NCBI GenBank assembly: GCA_028023455.1
Contig: JAQFVV010000002.1
Coordinates: 32,922,001 to 32,986,000, forward strand
Direction: 5' to 3'
DNA length: 64,000 nucleotides
Source of the DNA: Epiperipatus broadwayi
Lineage: Eukaryota; Animalia; Onychophora
Shown here in pieces: positions 1 through 12,322 of the stretch; position 1 is the stretch's first letter, and each line of letters begins with the position of its first letter. The notes under the pieces were generated by a model, which saw only the letters and a list, made by a program, of their open reading frames with translations, had not been told where the DNA came from and did no database searches. Made by a program: the position numbers and the translations under genes.

Positions 1-1920
1 CTCTCTGTATAAAAAAAAAATGAAAAGACTGTGATACCTTGAACCAGCTATTGCTATCTCCAGAACATTATCTTCCAATGGAGGTGTCACGGGAATTAAA
101 AGCAGAAACCTGGACTCTTCTACCATGAGCTATGAACTTTACAAATTAACAACAACAAAAAAAGTAATTAAGAACTTTCGTCATTGTTTTTTTTAAAGAT
201 TCAGCTAATTTAAATTTTAAAATGAACTCTTATTTGATTTTCAAATTAATAATTGATTGTTTAAATTTATATAGTTAAGTTTTGCTAAAATCATTTCCAT
301 TTTATTATTTTTATTGGTAATAATATTTATTGTAGAAATTATTAAATGCATTACATTTAAGTTGGGTATAGACGTTGCATAGATTCGTTAGCGGTTGATT
401 ATGTTGGGGTTTTTACAGTCGATTAGAACATATAAGTCAACAATGTCACTGCGGTGTCTTATGATGAACACCAAAGGGTCTCCTGTATTCCCTCAGCAAT
501 TGACGTTATCGATTGACTTTGTATTTTGATCGGTTGTGTTTAATTTGGAATGTTTTTGACCGTGGAATCTGTGCAGCCGATCTATACTCGACATTATAAG
601 ACAAATTGGATAAAAATAATCTGTGCAAACGTATTTAAATGTTAAATTTAAGTCGGGAGTGAATGGCTATATAGTTTTGTAAAGTTATATTAAGGGAGGG
701 TAATCTTAGGTTATTCATTTCGTAGTTGAATTGGTTCAATGGATGGGATATATTTGTGTAATTGTAGATGTAGTATGAGATCCGCTACGGGCAGGATTAT
801 ATATATACGCCACACACCTTCTGTTTGCCTATGGATGGGTTTGTAAGACGGCAAAGGACCACAGTCCATTCCTATGGAGTTTTATGTTTATTGTTCTACT
901 CGCCAACAGATGTGACATTCCTGTTGGTGGAGAGACAATGTCTTCTCTAATTCTACTTACTGATCAGATGTACATTCCTGACAGTATAGTATTTTTGTTG
1001 TCGTATTTTCATGCTACATTGAATGCATAAATGTATCAGATGGATTGGCGCCGGTTTGATTGCGAAATTTGTTGCCTAAGGTTAAATCAGGGAAGAATAT
1101 TTTCTTTTCAAATGCAGATCTATGTAGTCTATTCATACTCGACTCACTAAATAAATATTAAACTCATGGTGGTAATTTACTTAAATGTAAAACTAAAGAT
1201 TAATAGAAAAATCTAAAATGTTGAATTTATTCCTCAAAATTTAAATGTTATTTTATATGTGCATAAATAAATATTTTTATGTGTTAATTTCTGGCAGTGG
1301 CTTTTATTCTTTTATATTTAAGATATAAAATTTATATTTTATTATCTCTGCTACTCCACTGAGCTAGTGACTTGGGCTAACGATCTGAATATTTAAATAA
1401 AGTGGAATCTTAACAGCGCGTATCTGCCTACTCTATAAATTTTTCTAGGTTTAAATGCCTAGATGGTGCCTTGTAGAGCAGATATTGTAGTTTGCGGTTA
1501 GATTCGATCTTCACTTTCATTTCGATCGTTATTATGCAACTTTATATATACTAACTTGTGTAATTTTCCAGTAATTTTTAAAATGAATATTTATAAAACT
1601 TCAATAAATTTAATTAACAACTGGTTAATTTAAAATGATTGGGAAATTATATAAGGTAGTATGTATAAAGTTGTATAATGTATGTATTATTTATGATGTA
1701 TATTGTCATGTTATACAGTTAATTCTTTGAAGTTATATTGGATCTCTATTTGAAAGTTTTAATCTATTGAATGCTTTTATATTAATTTGCCCTGTCTGTG
1801 TATGTTTCTGTCTGTATGTCCACATTTTTGAAGTTTTAACAATGGAAAAAAAAATCTATATCTGTTTAGAATTCGAACTCACGTCCTTATGCTTCCCAAT
1901 TTCTTAGCAGCTGAGCCAAC

Positions 1921-2075
1921 AGAAATATATTTGTAGAATAAAATTTTGTTAATATTAACTCATACTTATTAATTAAATTAATTAATATATATATCTGACA
2001 GAAACATTACGCTTGTAGAATAAAATTTTGTTAATATTGATTTAATTGATACTTAATTAATTAAATTAATTAAAA
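1921..2075. repeat. Short direct duplication (about 65-bp core)
   Basis: ttgtagaataaaattttgttaatatt...atacttattaattaaattaattaa occurs at about 1931 and again at about 2013. Confidence 0.75.
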
Positions 2076-2284
2076 AGCCAATACATAAATATTTTTATAT
2101 ATTAGACAATCACATGATATTTAAATTTAGGATTCATTTGTTAGAGGGTATATTTTTTATATTCACATCTTTTTAAAATATAATTTTTGTAGATTTTTTT
2201 TTTAGTTTTAAACATTTTTTAAAAAATAATATGTAAATATAACAAAATATATATAAAAAAATTTTTTTTAAATAATATGTTTAT

Positions 2285-2865
2285 GTAAATAGGCAACTAA
2301 AAAGTAGAAAAATAACAAAGTAATATGTCTCTCAGTTAATTTGCCATTCTTAGAAAATATCAGAGATCTTAAGAATCTATACATGTTATAAAACAATTGG
2401 AAATTGCAGAAATATTGTCATTTCATAAAAGCATTGGAGCCTCAAATAAATCAAAAAGGTCTCAAATGCTTTTATGAAATGACAATATTCCTGCTATTTC
2501 CAATTCTTTTGTAACAAGTCTAGATTTATATATATTGCTTTAACTCCGCTCATTCATATACACTTTAATGCAAATTTTTTTAATGATTTCTTTATTTTCC
2601 TGATAGTTTTGACTGTCCTGCAGTCTTCATCAGAAACTGTCAGGAAAATAAAGAAATCATTAAAACATTTTTTTGCATTAAAGTGTATATGAGGGGAGTT
2701 AAAGCAATATATTTATGAATATATGAAGAAATGCAAAAAAAGTAAAAGGAGAAAAGAAGAATACAAGTCTAGATTCTTAAGATCTCTGATATTTGCCAAG
2801 AATGGCAAATTAACCAAGAGACAGATTATTTTATTTTTCTACTTTTTAGTGGACTATTTATTTAC
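2285..2865. repeat. Nested fold-back: outer inverted repeat enclosing two inner hairpins, one carrying a family A hammerhead
   Basis: Outer arms at about 2285-2380 and 2765-2865 (gttaatttgccattctt / aagaatggcaaattaac). Inner hairpins at about 2380-2520 and 2530-2715. Confidence 0.85.
2600..2640 (-). ncRNA. Family A hammerhead remnant in a hairpin loop (GAAA mutated to AAAA)
   Basis: Minus strand reads CTGATGA a gactg cagga cagtc AAAA. Confidence 0.5.
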
Positions 2866-3510
2866 ATTCAAATATCAGCCTTTCAAGCTAATTGTGCATG
2901 CGCTTTGCGCGTGCTAATAATAAATGAATACTTTCCTTTCCAATACAAGATATAGTATTTATGCAGGAATAAAATGAATCCACTTATTCCTACAACTCAA
3001 ATGCTTATTCCTGCATAAATACTATATGTTGTATTGGAAAGGAAAGCATTCATTTATTATTAACACTTGCAAAGCGCATACACAATTAGCTTGAAAGGCT
3101 GATATTTGAATGTAATACAATTGTAAACATAGCGCTATATAAAAATAAATGCTTATTTACATATGATTAAGTTTCAGTTAGAGTGACATTTAGTAAATTC
3201 CAGACAATTTCACCGACATCATTCATTCAGACATCGTAAGTAGTAATTTAAAGTGAGTGGTCTATCCTCATGGTTTCCTTGCCAGTACTTCATATTTGCT
3301 CATATATAAGCATTTGAGTTGTAGGAATAAGTGGATTCATTTTATTCCTGCATAAATACTATATCTTGTATTGGAAAGGAAAGTATTCATTTATTATTAA
3401 CACTCGCAAAGCGCATGCACAATTAGCTTGAAAGGCTGATATTTGAATGTAATACAATTATTGTAAACATAGCGCTATATAAAAATAAATGCTTATTTAC
3501 TTATGGACTA
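2866..3510. repeat. Three-copy inverted/direct duplication of a unit of about 145 bp
   Basis: 2866-3008 is the reverse complement of about 3308-3450. 3010-3160 is a direct copy of about 3348-3500 and an inverted copy of 2866-2960. Confidence 0.85.
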
Positions 3511-4849
3511 TTTATGCAAAAGCATTTTTTTTTTAAAAAATTTTGACATTATTTTTTACTGTTTTATTTTGTTACCGTTGTTATTTTACTTTCATTATAC
3601 TACACTAGATGGTGTTCTATCTGCTATAATTGGTTAACAATGTAAAGAGATGATTAACATTTGAAAAGGTCATGAAACCATATGCCAAAAAAGACTTTTT
3701 ATATGTAATTACTAATATATATATATATAATTATATAGCTATTGTATGTGATTTTTATTATTTATTATACTTTATATGAAATAACAGTATAATGGATTTC
3801 ATTGATTTCCATTTTTGATGATATTAAAATAAAATATTTAATATACTTTTTTTAAAGGTTTGCACTAAATAAATATTTTTGATGAAGATTAAATGCAGAA
3901 TAGAAATATCAAGTAGAAATATATCAAGCAGCACATACAATTAATAATTTTAAAGCCCCCCCCCCCCCATCTTTATGTTTAAACTAATTTAATATACATT
4001 TTTTCTCTGTTCTATGTGAAGTTATTTAATCTTATATATACCTTTTAAGCCCTATTTTATTGTCATAATATTGTATTTCCAGCCATGAGAATTTATTGTT
4101 TTAATTTTAGGCTCTCTTTCCTGTGTTAGTTTGCTTTAAATATTATATTAGAAGTACAAACAGTGGCGGGAATGGACAGCTTTTGATATGCAAATAATTT
4201 CAGGCTTGCCATTTTTCTTATATAATTGAAATGGGAAAATATTTAATTTTGAAATGATATGCATAATATATATGTTGGAATGAAAGATGAATAATAATCA
4301 ACATTTTGTCAACTAATTATTATTACTAACATTTACACAGTTGACCAAAGCTGATTGGTTTTCTCTCCAAGTTGCCTACAGTGCCATCTCTAGGTCAATC
4401 CATACGTTATATAGTGATGTATTTTAGCTATTTATCACAAAACTTTTAATGCATTAGCATATCTGGATTATAAGTTATTATTATGAAATGTGACAGTGCT
4501 TTTGTACCTTTTATAGATCATCTTCAATGCTCGCTACCGTCATGAAATCTTGCATCCCACTTGAGAAACATTCTTAAAGCACATAGTTTCATTTCTTTTC
4601 ATAGTTCGTATCATTTCAAAATGTTTCAATAGCAGATTTGTGCAATTTAATAAAATTAAAATTTTAATTTAGCATATTGTTATATTGTAGATCAAGATAT
4701 AAATACACCGTCACATTTCATTTTTATAACACATGCTCCAAACATGGTAGCACCTTAAAATTATTGTGGCAAATAGCTCAATTATGTGTCTCTGTAGCAC
4801 ATATTGATTCAAAGATGGGTTATAGATAGCTTGGAGAGAGAATCAGTCA

Positions 4850-4950
4850 TCATCTTTTCACTTAACACACTGTAATTAAAACAGGCAAAACTCTCCATAC
4901 AGTATTACCACTCAGTGCAAGACAGAGTAATCAATGGATGCCAGAAGGCT
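4850..4950 (-). mobile_element. Family B (hammerhead retrozyme-like) fragment without the ribozyme
   Basis: aaaacaggcaaaactctccatacagtattaccactcagtgcaagacagagtaatcaatggatgccagaaggc matches the B copies at 35460, 41270 and 55870. Confidence 0.8.
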
Positions 4951-5199
4951 TAAAAATTCCAGAAGGCTTAAAAATTCCAGAAGTGTGCTAATTCGTTTTG
5001 AAGCTTTAAAAATATGTAGATATTATATTGTATAGGAGTATTACAATGTTTCATTAAAACAGGATTTTTCATTAATATGTGACTTTCTTTTTAACATTAA
5101 CATTGTGTCTCCACTTTATTACGATTATACACATTCTTGTAAACCGTTGCCAACAAACCTTTAGTTTGAAGTAATGAAATGATCCATGTAGATGTAGAC

Positions 5200-5515
5200 A
5201 AATACAAACTATGGTCGACATTTAATGACTGCGAAATTTATGGCTACAATGGCAGGACTCAAGAACTTATCTTTAATACATTCTATCTATCTTTTAACTG
5301 GAATCTCTATGAGTTAATAGTCAGGCTATCTAAAAAAAATCCACGTATTGAATAAATAAATACAATCATCAAGCATAATTTCAATCATCATCACTGTCAG
5401 CAGCAGTTACCCACAAATGAGTAGCCATTCCAATTCTAAGTGAAAAAGATAAAATGAATAATAATATCCTAGAGATGAGTTGCAATGTCAGTACAAACCA
5501 ACTTATGAAGCACAA
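5200..5515 (+). pseudogene. Degraded Penelope-like GIY-YIG endonuclease remnant
   Basis: Manual translation gives KYKL..FNDCEIYGYNGRTQEL and ILSEKDKMNNNILEMSCNVSTN, resembling PLE endonuclease N- and C-terminal motifs. Heavily decayed. Confidence 0.4.
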
Positions 5516-5525
5516 ATATGACTAC

Positions 5526-6239
5526 TAGGAATTGCCTTTTTCCTGAATTTCGGTAATCCCGGAATAAAAAAAAAAGTTCTTTTCTCAGAATCCTGGGATT
5601 TCCCAAGATTATTGTAGGTGGAATTAAAACCGAAAAATTCACAGGATTTTATTCATGTATATATATATATATAAACTACAAATTGAAATGAATTCAAAAC
5701 TTTTCAGAAAATGAACATTTTCTTTTTTTAAACCATGATAGATTAATGGGTACATTGTTAGAAAAAAATATTTCACTTGAGTTTATTTTGAGATTGGTTT
5801 GGCAATTGACATGTAATATGAATGTAAGAAATTCAGGCAATGTACACTTTTATTGATCTTTCAAGGAAAAATGACGTGTATAATCATGAACATGTATGAG
5901 AGCTTGAGTCGGCTCAGTCGAGGGGAATCTCAAATCAAGACTCAAGAAATGACGACGATGACATTATAGAGATATGTAAGGAAGGGCTTGCCTTTTGTTT
6001 TGTTACATATATATATATTGCAAATAAAATGTATGAAAATAAATATTTTTTTAAATTAAAGTAATACACATCGGTAATGCTGATGATCTCAAATTATGAA
6101 GAAACTATTTATTTTGCCAGCGCATGATGGTTGCATATATATATATAATGAGTGTGTAAGACTGTTCGTATTGATTACTGGAGTTAGTTATTCAGAGTGG
6201 GAAATCCTGGGATTCCAGGACTCTGGGAAACATTCCTTA
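5526..6239. mobile_element. Non-autonomous hAT-type element
   Basis: Termini TAGGAAT / ATTCCTTA, subterminal tcc(c/t)gggatt motifs, and an 8-bp TSD atgactac (5518-5525) / atgaccac (6240-6247), 7 of 8 identical. Confidence 0.6.
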
Positions 6240-6779
6240 ATGACCACATGTAGAATGCAAAGACCAATTTCTCTTTTCATATCTGGTATTTTTTATGGTG
6301 CTGCCTTTCAACTTCTTCTATAGAAAACTTTCTTTTCTGAAATACTTCAATACCTTGTCCAAACTAAAACAATCAAAAGTATTTTTGTCCACTATAGAAA
6401 TTTAATTATCAAACAATAGAAGAAAAATATTTGTTTAAAAAAAAAGGAATTATGTCTGTATTAAATGATTAATCAAATTAATGTGTTAAGAAAATCACAA
6501 ATATTACTAAATCCACCATTTCCTTTATTTTTCTGTCCTTACTTTGAACTCTTTTAGCAAAAAAACTTTTTTTATATGCATGTGCACACAATCTTACATT
6601 TCTGTCCTACAGTTTTCTTCAGAGATATGATATAATGGCAAAATAAATAACTATATAAATTATTTATTTCAGCTTTATTATTTTTTGTTATATTTTATGT
6701 TGGTTTTCTTTATTTTTTCATTTTGTTTACATTTTTAATGATATTATTTGTATAGTTATTTTATTTGTCATTATATCGT

Positions 6780-6816
6780 AGCTCTGAAGAAGACTGCAGG
6801 ACAGTCAAAATGTAAG
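6780..6816 (+). ncRNA. Family A hammerhead, degenerate (G12 to A)
   Basis: agct CTGAAGA a gactg cagga cagtc AAAA tgtaag. Confidence 0.5.
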
Positions 6817-9166
6817 ATTGTGTATATATAAGTATAATAAAAGTTTTTTTGCTAACAACTATTAAGGTGAAAAATTGCATTTTTGTTAAGAAAATATTTA
6901 AGTAGTTGTAATCTTAGGTCTGTTGGGATATCAATCTTGATAGAAGAAAGGCGAATTGAAATTTATATAACAAATTTTGATATGCCCATTTATAAATTGC
7001 CTTAGATTGTATTGATCGATATTCTGAAGAGAAAAAAAAAATGATCAGGAAAGAAAAAAGAAAATGCTAATGTAAGTTCATCTTTAAAAAGATAAAGACA
7101 AATTTTAAATAGTCCACTGCAAAACAAAGCATCTCCCATAGTATCCCTCCTTTCTATAGAGGAACAATGAAAATCAGCATTAATCTCCATGGTTTTTAGT
7201 TGTTAGATCATTAGAGTTGAGTAGTTTTCAAATATTGAATAGAGATATCTGGGTTTAAATGCAAATCATGATGTAATCTTTTTGAAACTGCCAAATACAA
7301 ATTTTTCTTGATTGTTTGACCCTGGTTTACAAATGGTGACTGCATAATCTCTTTTATAACAAAAGGTAACAAAACTTCATGTGAATCAACCGAAATACGT
7401 GAAACATTGAACAATACACTGGAACCAAACAAACATCTCCAATAATGTCAGTTGGCGCATTGACATAGAAGAGTTCAATGAATAATCACTTCAGTCCATT
7501 CTACAAGCAATCCGTCCTCCAGAAGTGAATTCCAGTTTCTTTTGATTATCGCTTATATATCCTCTCTCATCATTTTTGGGATTTGTCTTATTTATTCTTA
7601 ATCTATACCAAATAAATCATCATATGACTTTCTCATTTATATATATATTTATGCTTTAAAAAATCCATTTCAGTGGCCAATAATTGTCTCTATTTTTATT
7701 TATATTCCACCAATTTTTCTAGAGGACTATTCTCTTTATTTCCAGTTCGATCGGCTTAGTCCATAAAATTGGGTATGCATTCTTATAACACTCCCTTTTG
7801 TACCTTCTTTCCAAAATCTTATCATTGCTATTAAATATATATTTATACTAGTTTGTGTATGTTTAGATATATATATATATTCAACACATACGCTAACAAA
7901 ATTGCTTCCAAATATATGATTATACATAGATATTGGGAAGCCTCTTTTTTAAAAAATTCATATATCTATATGGCACTTTTTAAGAAAACGGAGGGGGAAT
8001 AGATATCTAAGTAATACAATCCTCTAAGATAGAATGGAATTTTCCATTATAAATTTAATCCTTAATTTAAAAATAAATAAAATCTTACTAATTATATAAA
8101 ATTGCAAGCAGGTAGATAATTTACATTAAAAGAAATTGGAGAAAAATAAGTGGAGAAAAGATTTTTTGGCAACTAAGTAATTATTGAAGAGATAAAGAAA
8201 GAAAGAAAAAACGTTAATTGTACCTTTCACTCAAAGAGCTGTTGAAAGAAAGATACATTGAAAATTACAGCATGCCGTTTTCAGTAAAAACAAACAATTA
8301 TATATAAATACAAGTAAGAGCCGTCAGAAGTTATGACTGATTTCAATCCCACCATTAGATATCTATATTGAGTCGTTACCCCCCCTCCCCCGTCCTGTGA
8401 ATTGATCAAAAGTCATGAGCCTTTTAACCATGTCATTCTCATTTAAATGAGCGGTCACTCGCTATTATATGCTGCATGCAAGTATTATGAAGATTTTGTT
8501 ACAATTGATTTACAGGTGTCAAATTTTCTTCACTTGCAGCTTTAACACAGCCTGCTTCAGTGAAATACACTAAAGAATATTATTAATCATTAATTAAGCT
8601 AGAGATTGTCATAGTATTCCTAGCCTAGATATAAACTTTATTTATCTTTTCAAGAATATGTGGAATGGAAGTTTTCAAGTACTGTATATATAAAGATTTT
8701 TAATAATGTTTAAAACATATGTAACAATTTTAACGTGTTTTTTTTATATAAAAAATTAACATTTACGTATACATTTTAAACATACTACATATAAATTTGT
8801 TTGCTTCTGATAATAAAAGAAGTAACATTTAATTAAAAAAATACTGCAAATTCATCTTGAAGTAAAACTCAACGCTGACACATTTAATAAGTTAAAGAAA
8901 TACCCATATTCTAATAATAAAGGAGAATATGGGTTTATATATTCATATATGATCATTAAAATTGTTTAACTTCAAATGCGCCCCACCCCCCTTGTTGTGA
9001 GTTTGCGACATTATCTTATTTTTCATATAAAACTGCTTTAATCGGATTATTGGGAATTAAAGATATGATATTAATAAGATGTCTCTCCATTTCAAATAGA
9101 GTGACATTAGATAAAAAATAGATTATACAAAGTCTATTTGAAATATATATTGTATACATGTTTAGA

Positions 9167-9202
<36 letters not shown>
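9167..9202 (+). repeat. (AAT)n microsatellite
   Basis: About 12 AAT units directly 5' of the GAA tract. Confidence 0.95.
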
Positions 9203-9203
<1 letters not shown>

Positions 9204-9205
<2 letters not shown>

Positions 9206-10618
9206 GAAGAAGAAGAAGAAGAAGAAGAAGAAGAAGAAGAAGAAGAAGAAGAAGAAGAAGAAGAAGAAGAAGAAGAAGAAGAAGAAGAAGAAGAAGAAGA
9301 AGAAGAAGAAGAAGAAGAAGAAGAAGAAGAAGAAGAAGAAGAAGAAGAAGAAGAAGAAGAAGAAGAAGAAGAAGAAGAAGAAGAAGAAGAAGAAGAAGAA
9401 GAAGAAGAAGAAGAAGAAGAAGAAGAAGAAGAAGAAGAAGAAGAAGAAGAAGAAGAAGAAGAAGAAGAAGAAGAAGAAGAAGAAGAAGAAGAAGAAGAAG
9501 AAGAAGAAGAAGAAGAAGAAGAAGAAGAAGAAGAAGAAGAAGAAGAAGAAGAAGAAGAAGAAGAAGAAGAAGAAGAAGAAGAAGAAGAAGAAGAAGAAGA
9601 AGAAGAAGAAGAAGAAGAAGAAGAAGAAGAAGAAGAAGAAGAAGAAGAAGAAGAAGAAGAAGAAGAAGAAGAAGAAGAAGAAGAAGAAGAAGAAGAAGAA
9701 GAAGAAGAAGAAGAAGAAGAAGAAGAAGAAGAAGAAGAAGAAGAAGAAGAAGAAGAAGAAGAAGAAGAAGAAGAAGAAGAAGAAGAAGAAGAAGAAGAAG
9801 AAGAAGAAGAAGAAGAAGAAGAAGAAGAAGAAGAAGAAGAAGAAGAAGAAGAAGAAGAAGAAGAAGAAGAAGAAGAAGAAGAAGAAGAAGAAGAAGAAGA
9901 AGAAGAAGAAGAAGAAGAAGAAGAAGAAGAAGAAGAAGAAGAAGAAGAAGAAGAAGAAGAAGAAGAAGAAGAAGAAGAAGAAGAAGAAGAAGAAGAAGAA
10001 GAAGAAGAAGAAGAAGAAGAAGAAGAAGAAGAAGAAGAAGAAGAAGAAGAAGAAGAAGAAGAAGAAGAAGAAGAAGAAGAAGAAGAAGAAGAAGAAGAAG
10101 AAGAAGAAGAAGAAGAAGAAGAAGAAGAAGAAGAAGAAGAAGAAGAAGAAGAAGAAGAAGAAGAAGAAGAAGAAGAAGAAGAAGAAGAAGAAGAAGAAGA
10201 AGAAGAAGAAGAAGAAGAAGAAGAAGAAGAAGAAGAAGAAGAAGAAGAAGAAGAAGAAGAAGAAGAAGAAGAAGAAGAAGAAGAAGAAGAAGAAGAAGAA
10301 GAAGAAGAAGAAGAAGAAGAAGAAGAAGAAGAAGAAGAAGAAGAAGAAGAAGAAGAAGAAGAAGAAGAAGAAGAAGAAGAAGAAGAAGAAGAAGAAGAAG
10401 AAGAAGAAGAAGAAGAAGAAGAAGAAGAAGAAGAAGAAGAAGAAGAAGAAGAAGAAGAAGAAGAAGAAGAAGAAGAAGAAGAAGAAGAAGAAGAAGAAGA
10501 AGAAGAAGAAGAAGAAGAAGAAGAAGAAGAAGAAGAAGAAGAAGAAGAAGAAGAAGAAGAAGAAGAAGAAGAAGAAGAAGAAGAAGAAGAAGAAGACAGA
10601 AGAAGAAGAAGAAGAAGA
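9204..10618 (+). repeat. (GAA)n microsatellite, about 1.4 kb (about 470 units)
   Basis: Pure GAA with one GAC interruption at about 10597. Confidence 0.98.
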
Positions 10619-10689
10619 TTTATAATATAAAAATTAAAGTACAGCTCGAAAAAAATAATAAAATATATATATATTGTTTAGAGATATAT

Positions 10690-10860
10690 TAAATAACTAT
10701 CACACTACCACGTATTCCTTTAAAATCATATGAATAAAGATACAACAAAAGACAAATAACCCCCAAGATGCATTTCATTTTGAATCAACACTCATCAGTT
10801 GGCCCAAGTCACCATTTGTCATATATATCTTTAATGAATTATTTGTTATAGACTTCTTTT
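10690..10860 (-). mobile_element. Family D-related retrozyme-like fragment with hammerhead at 10763-10802
   Basis: Minus strand reads ccaa CTGATGA gtgttg att caaaat GAAA tgca TC ttgg. Stem I is ccaa/ttgg; stem III is the palindrome ATGCAT. Confidence 0.75.
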
Positions 10861-10934
10861 AGATTATAATAATACTGATAATTCTGCTAACAAGCTTGTT
10901 AGAGAAGTTTAATTTTGTTTATAAGTTTATATAC

Positions 10935-10974
10935 GCTAAGCGCTTTTGAAATTCTTAGACTTCATATTCATAGC
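10935..10974 (-). ncRNA. Family E variant hammerhead (A3-U8 core), G12 to A, predicted inactive
   Basis: gct ATGAATA t gaagt ctaaga atttc AAAA gcgc TT agc. Confidence 0.55.
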
Positions 10975-11484
10975 TGAATGCAGTCAATGATAATGAGGAG
11001 GTGTATTGTAATTTATACAAAATAGTTTGCTATTCATTTTGCCATAGGTCATGGCATTTTCTTTGTTTTAATTAATTTGTCCATCTTTTTGAAATGGTGG
11101 AACAAGTGTCCTTCCTTATAGAATTAGTATCGTTATTTATGAAGTTGCCATCGCAACACCTGTATATATATAGAAGAGCATAGAACAATAAAGATACCAC
11201 AACGGCAATTTTAGAATGTGAAAAAACAACTAGGCACAAATTTGAACCTACCAACCCCATAATATTATGTAGAGAAAGAAATGACCATAGGCATAAAATT
11301 AAAGAAGCCTACTTCATAAATAACAATACCATTTCTATAAATAGGAAAAACACCTGTTTCACCATTTCAAAAAGATGGACAAATTAATCAAGACAAAGAA
11401 AACGCCATGACTTATGGTAAAATGAACAGCAAACTAATTTGCATAAATTACAATACTCCTCCTCATAATCATAGACTATACTCA

Positions 11485-11524
11485 GCTATGAATATGAAGT
11501 CTAAGAACTTCAAAAGCGTTTAAC
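11485..11524 (+). ncRNA. Family E variant hammerhead, degenerate
   Basis: gct ATGAATA t gaagt ctaaga acttc AAAA gcgt TT aac, about 95 nt after the endonuclease stop codon. Confidence 0.5.
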
Positions 11525-11594
11525 GTATATAAACTTATAAAATTGCACTTTATGCAAAAAAGTGAAGCTTATTATTATTAGAAAAGAATTATAC

Positions 11595-11637
11595 GGCTGA
11601 GCACTTTCAGAGAACTTAAGTCTCCATATTCATAGCC
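11595..11637 (-). ncRNA. Family E variant hammerhead (A3-U8 core)
   Basis: ggct ATGAATA t ggagac ttaa gttctct GAAA gtgc TC agcc. Confidence 0.7.
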
Positions 11638-12279
11638 TACTTTAAGCGAAGTTTAGCAGTAATTTATGCAGAATTTATGCAAAGTTTTCTTTCATAAAGA
11701 CCATTTTCTGGAGATTGTAAAGCATGATTCTTTTCGGTTTATTACATTGTTGTCATTTGCAATAAAGCATGCCTCCTTAATCTTTCATTTCATATTATGT
11801 TCATTGCACTGTGCCCTTGCCATAATGGGTTCGAACACATGGCCTGTTGTTTTTTGGTGCTCAAAGAATATGGATTTGTTTTCAGTATTACTTAGAGCTT
11901 TCCTGTATAAATAATGATGTTGAAGTGTTCTGGTGATGTTGGCACGGTCGCTCCATAATATGCTGTTCTAGATCCATTGATTGGGCATGAAATTTTATAA
12001 ACTGCTTGGGCTATTTGATCAGAAGATATTTTGTCTTTGGTATTGTTTATCATTCTGTTTGTTGTAGATGGGATGTGGAATCCTAGTTCGAAGGACTCAG
12101 CAAATATTTTATATTTCCTAGCAATTGATGGTATGTAAAGTAGCAGCATTCTTTATTGCAAATGACAACTATGCAATAAACTGAAAAGAATCGTGCTTTA
12201 CATCTCCAGAAAATGGTCTTTATGAAAGAAAACTTTACATAAATTCTGCATAAATTACTGCCACACTTCGCTTAAAGTA

Positions 12280-12322
12280 GGCTATGAATATGGAGACTTA
12301 AGTTCTCTGAAAGCGCTCAGCC
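12280..12322 (+). ncRNA. Family E variant hammerhead (A3-U8 core), most intact copy; predicted cleavage after C12318
   Basis: ggct ATGAATA t ggagac ttaa gttctct GAAA gcgc TC agcc. Stem I ggct/agcc, stem II ggaga/tctct, palindromic AGCGCT stem III. Confidence 0.75.

Larger units (their letters stand above)
10915..11540 (+). mobile_element. Penelope-like element 3' end (subfamily E2) with inverted pseudo-LTR
   Basis: Plus-strand frame at about 11150-11390 reads ...EKTTRHKFEPTNPIILCRERNDHRHKIKEAYFINNNTISINRKNTCFTISKRWTN*, a GIY-YIG C-terminus. Arms at about 10915-11145 and 11310-11540 are inverted copies. Confidence 0.8.

Noticed and set aside
7211-7432. Minus-strand ORF with LNPDI as a PLE RT fragment
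   Set aside because: No YVDD or other RT motif found; the resemblance is too weak.
8200-8300. VPFTQRAVERK resembling a DNA-transposase C-terminal motif (PCHTQAVER-like)
   Set aside because: A single short degenerate motif with no assignable ends.
9138-10630. 495-aa poly-K and 490-aa poly-E ORFs
   Set aside because: They are translations of the (AAT)n/(GAA)n microsatellite, with no other coding evidence.
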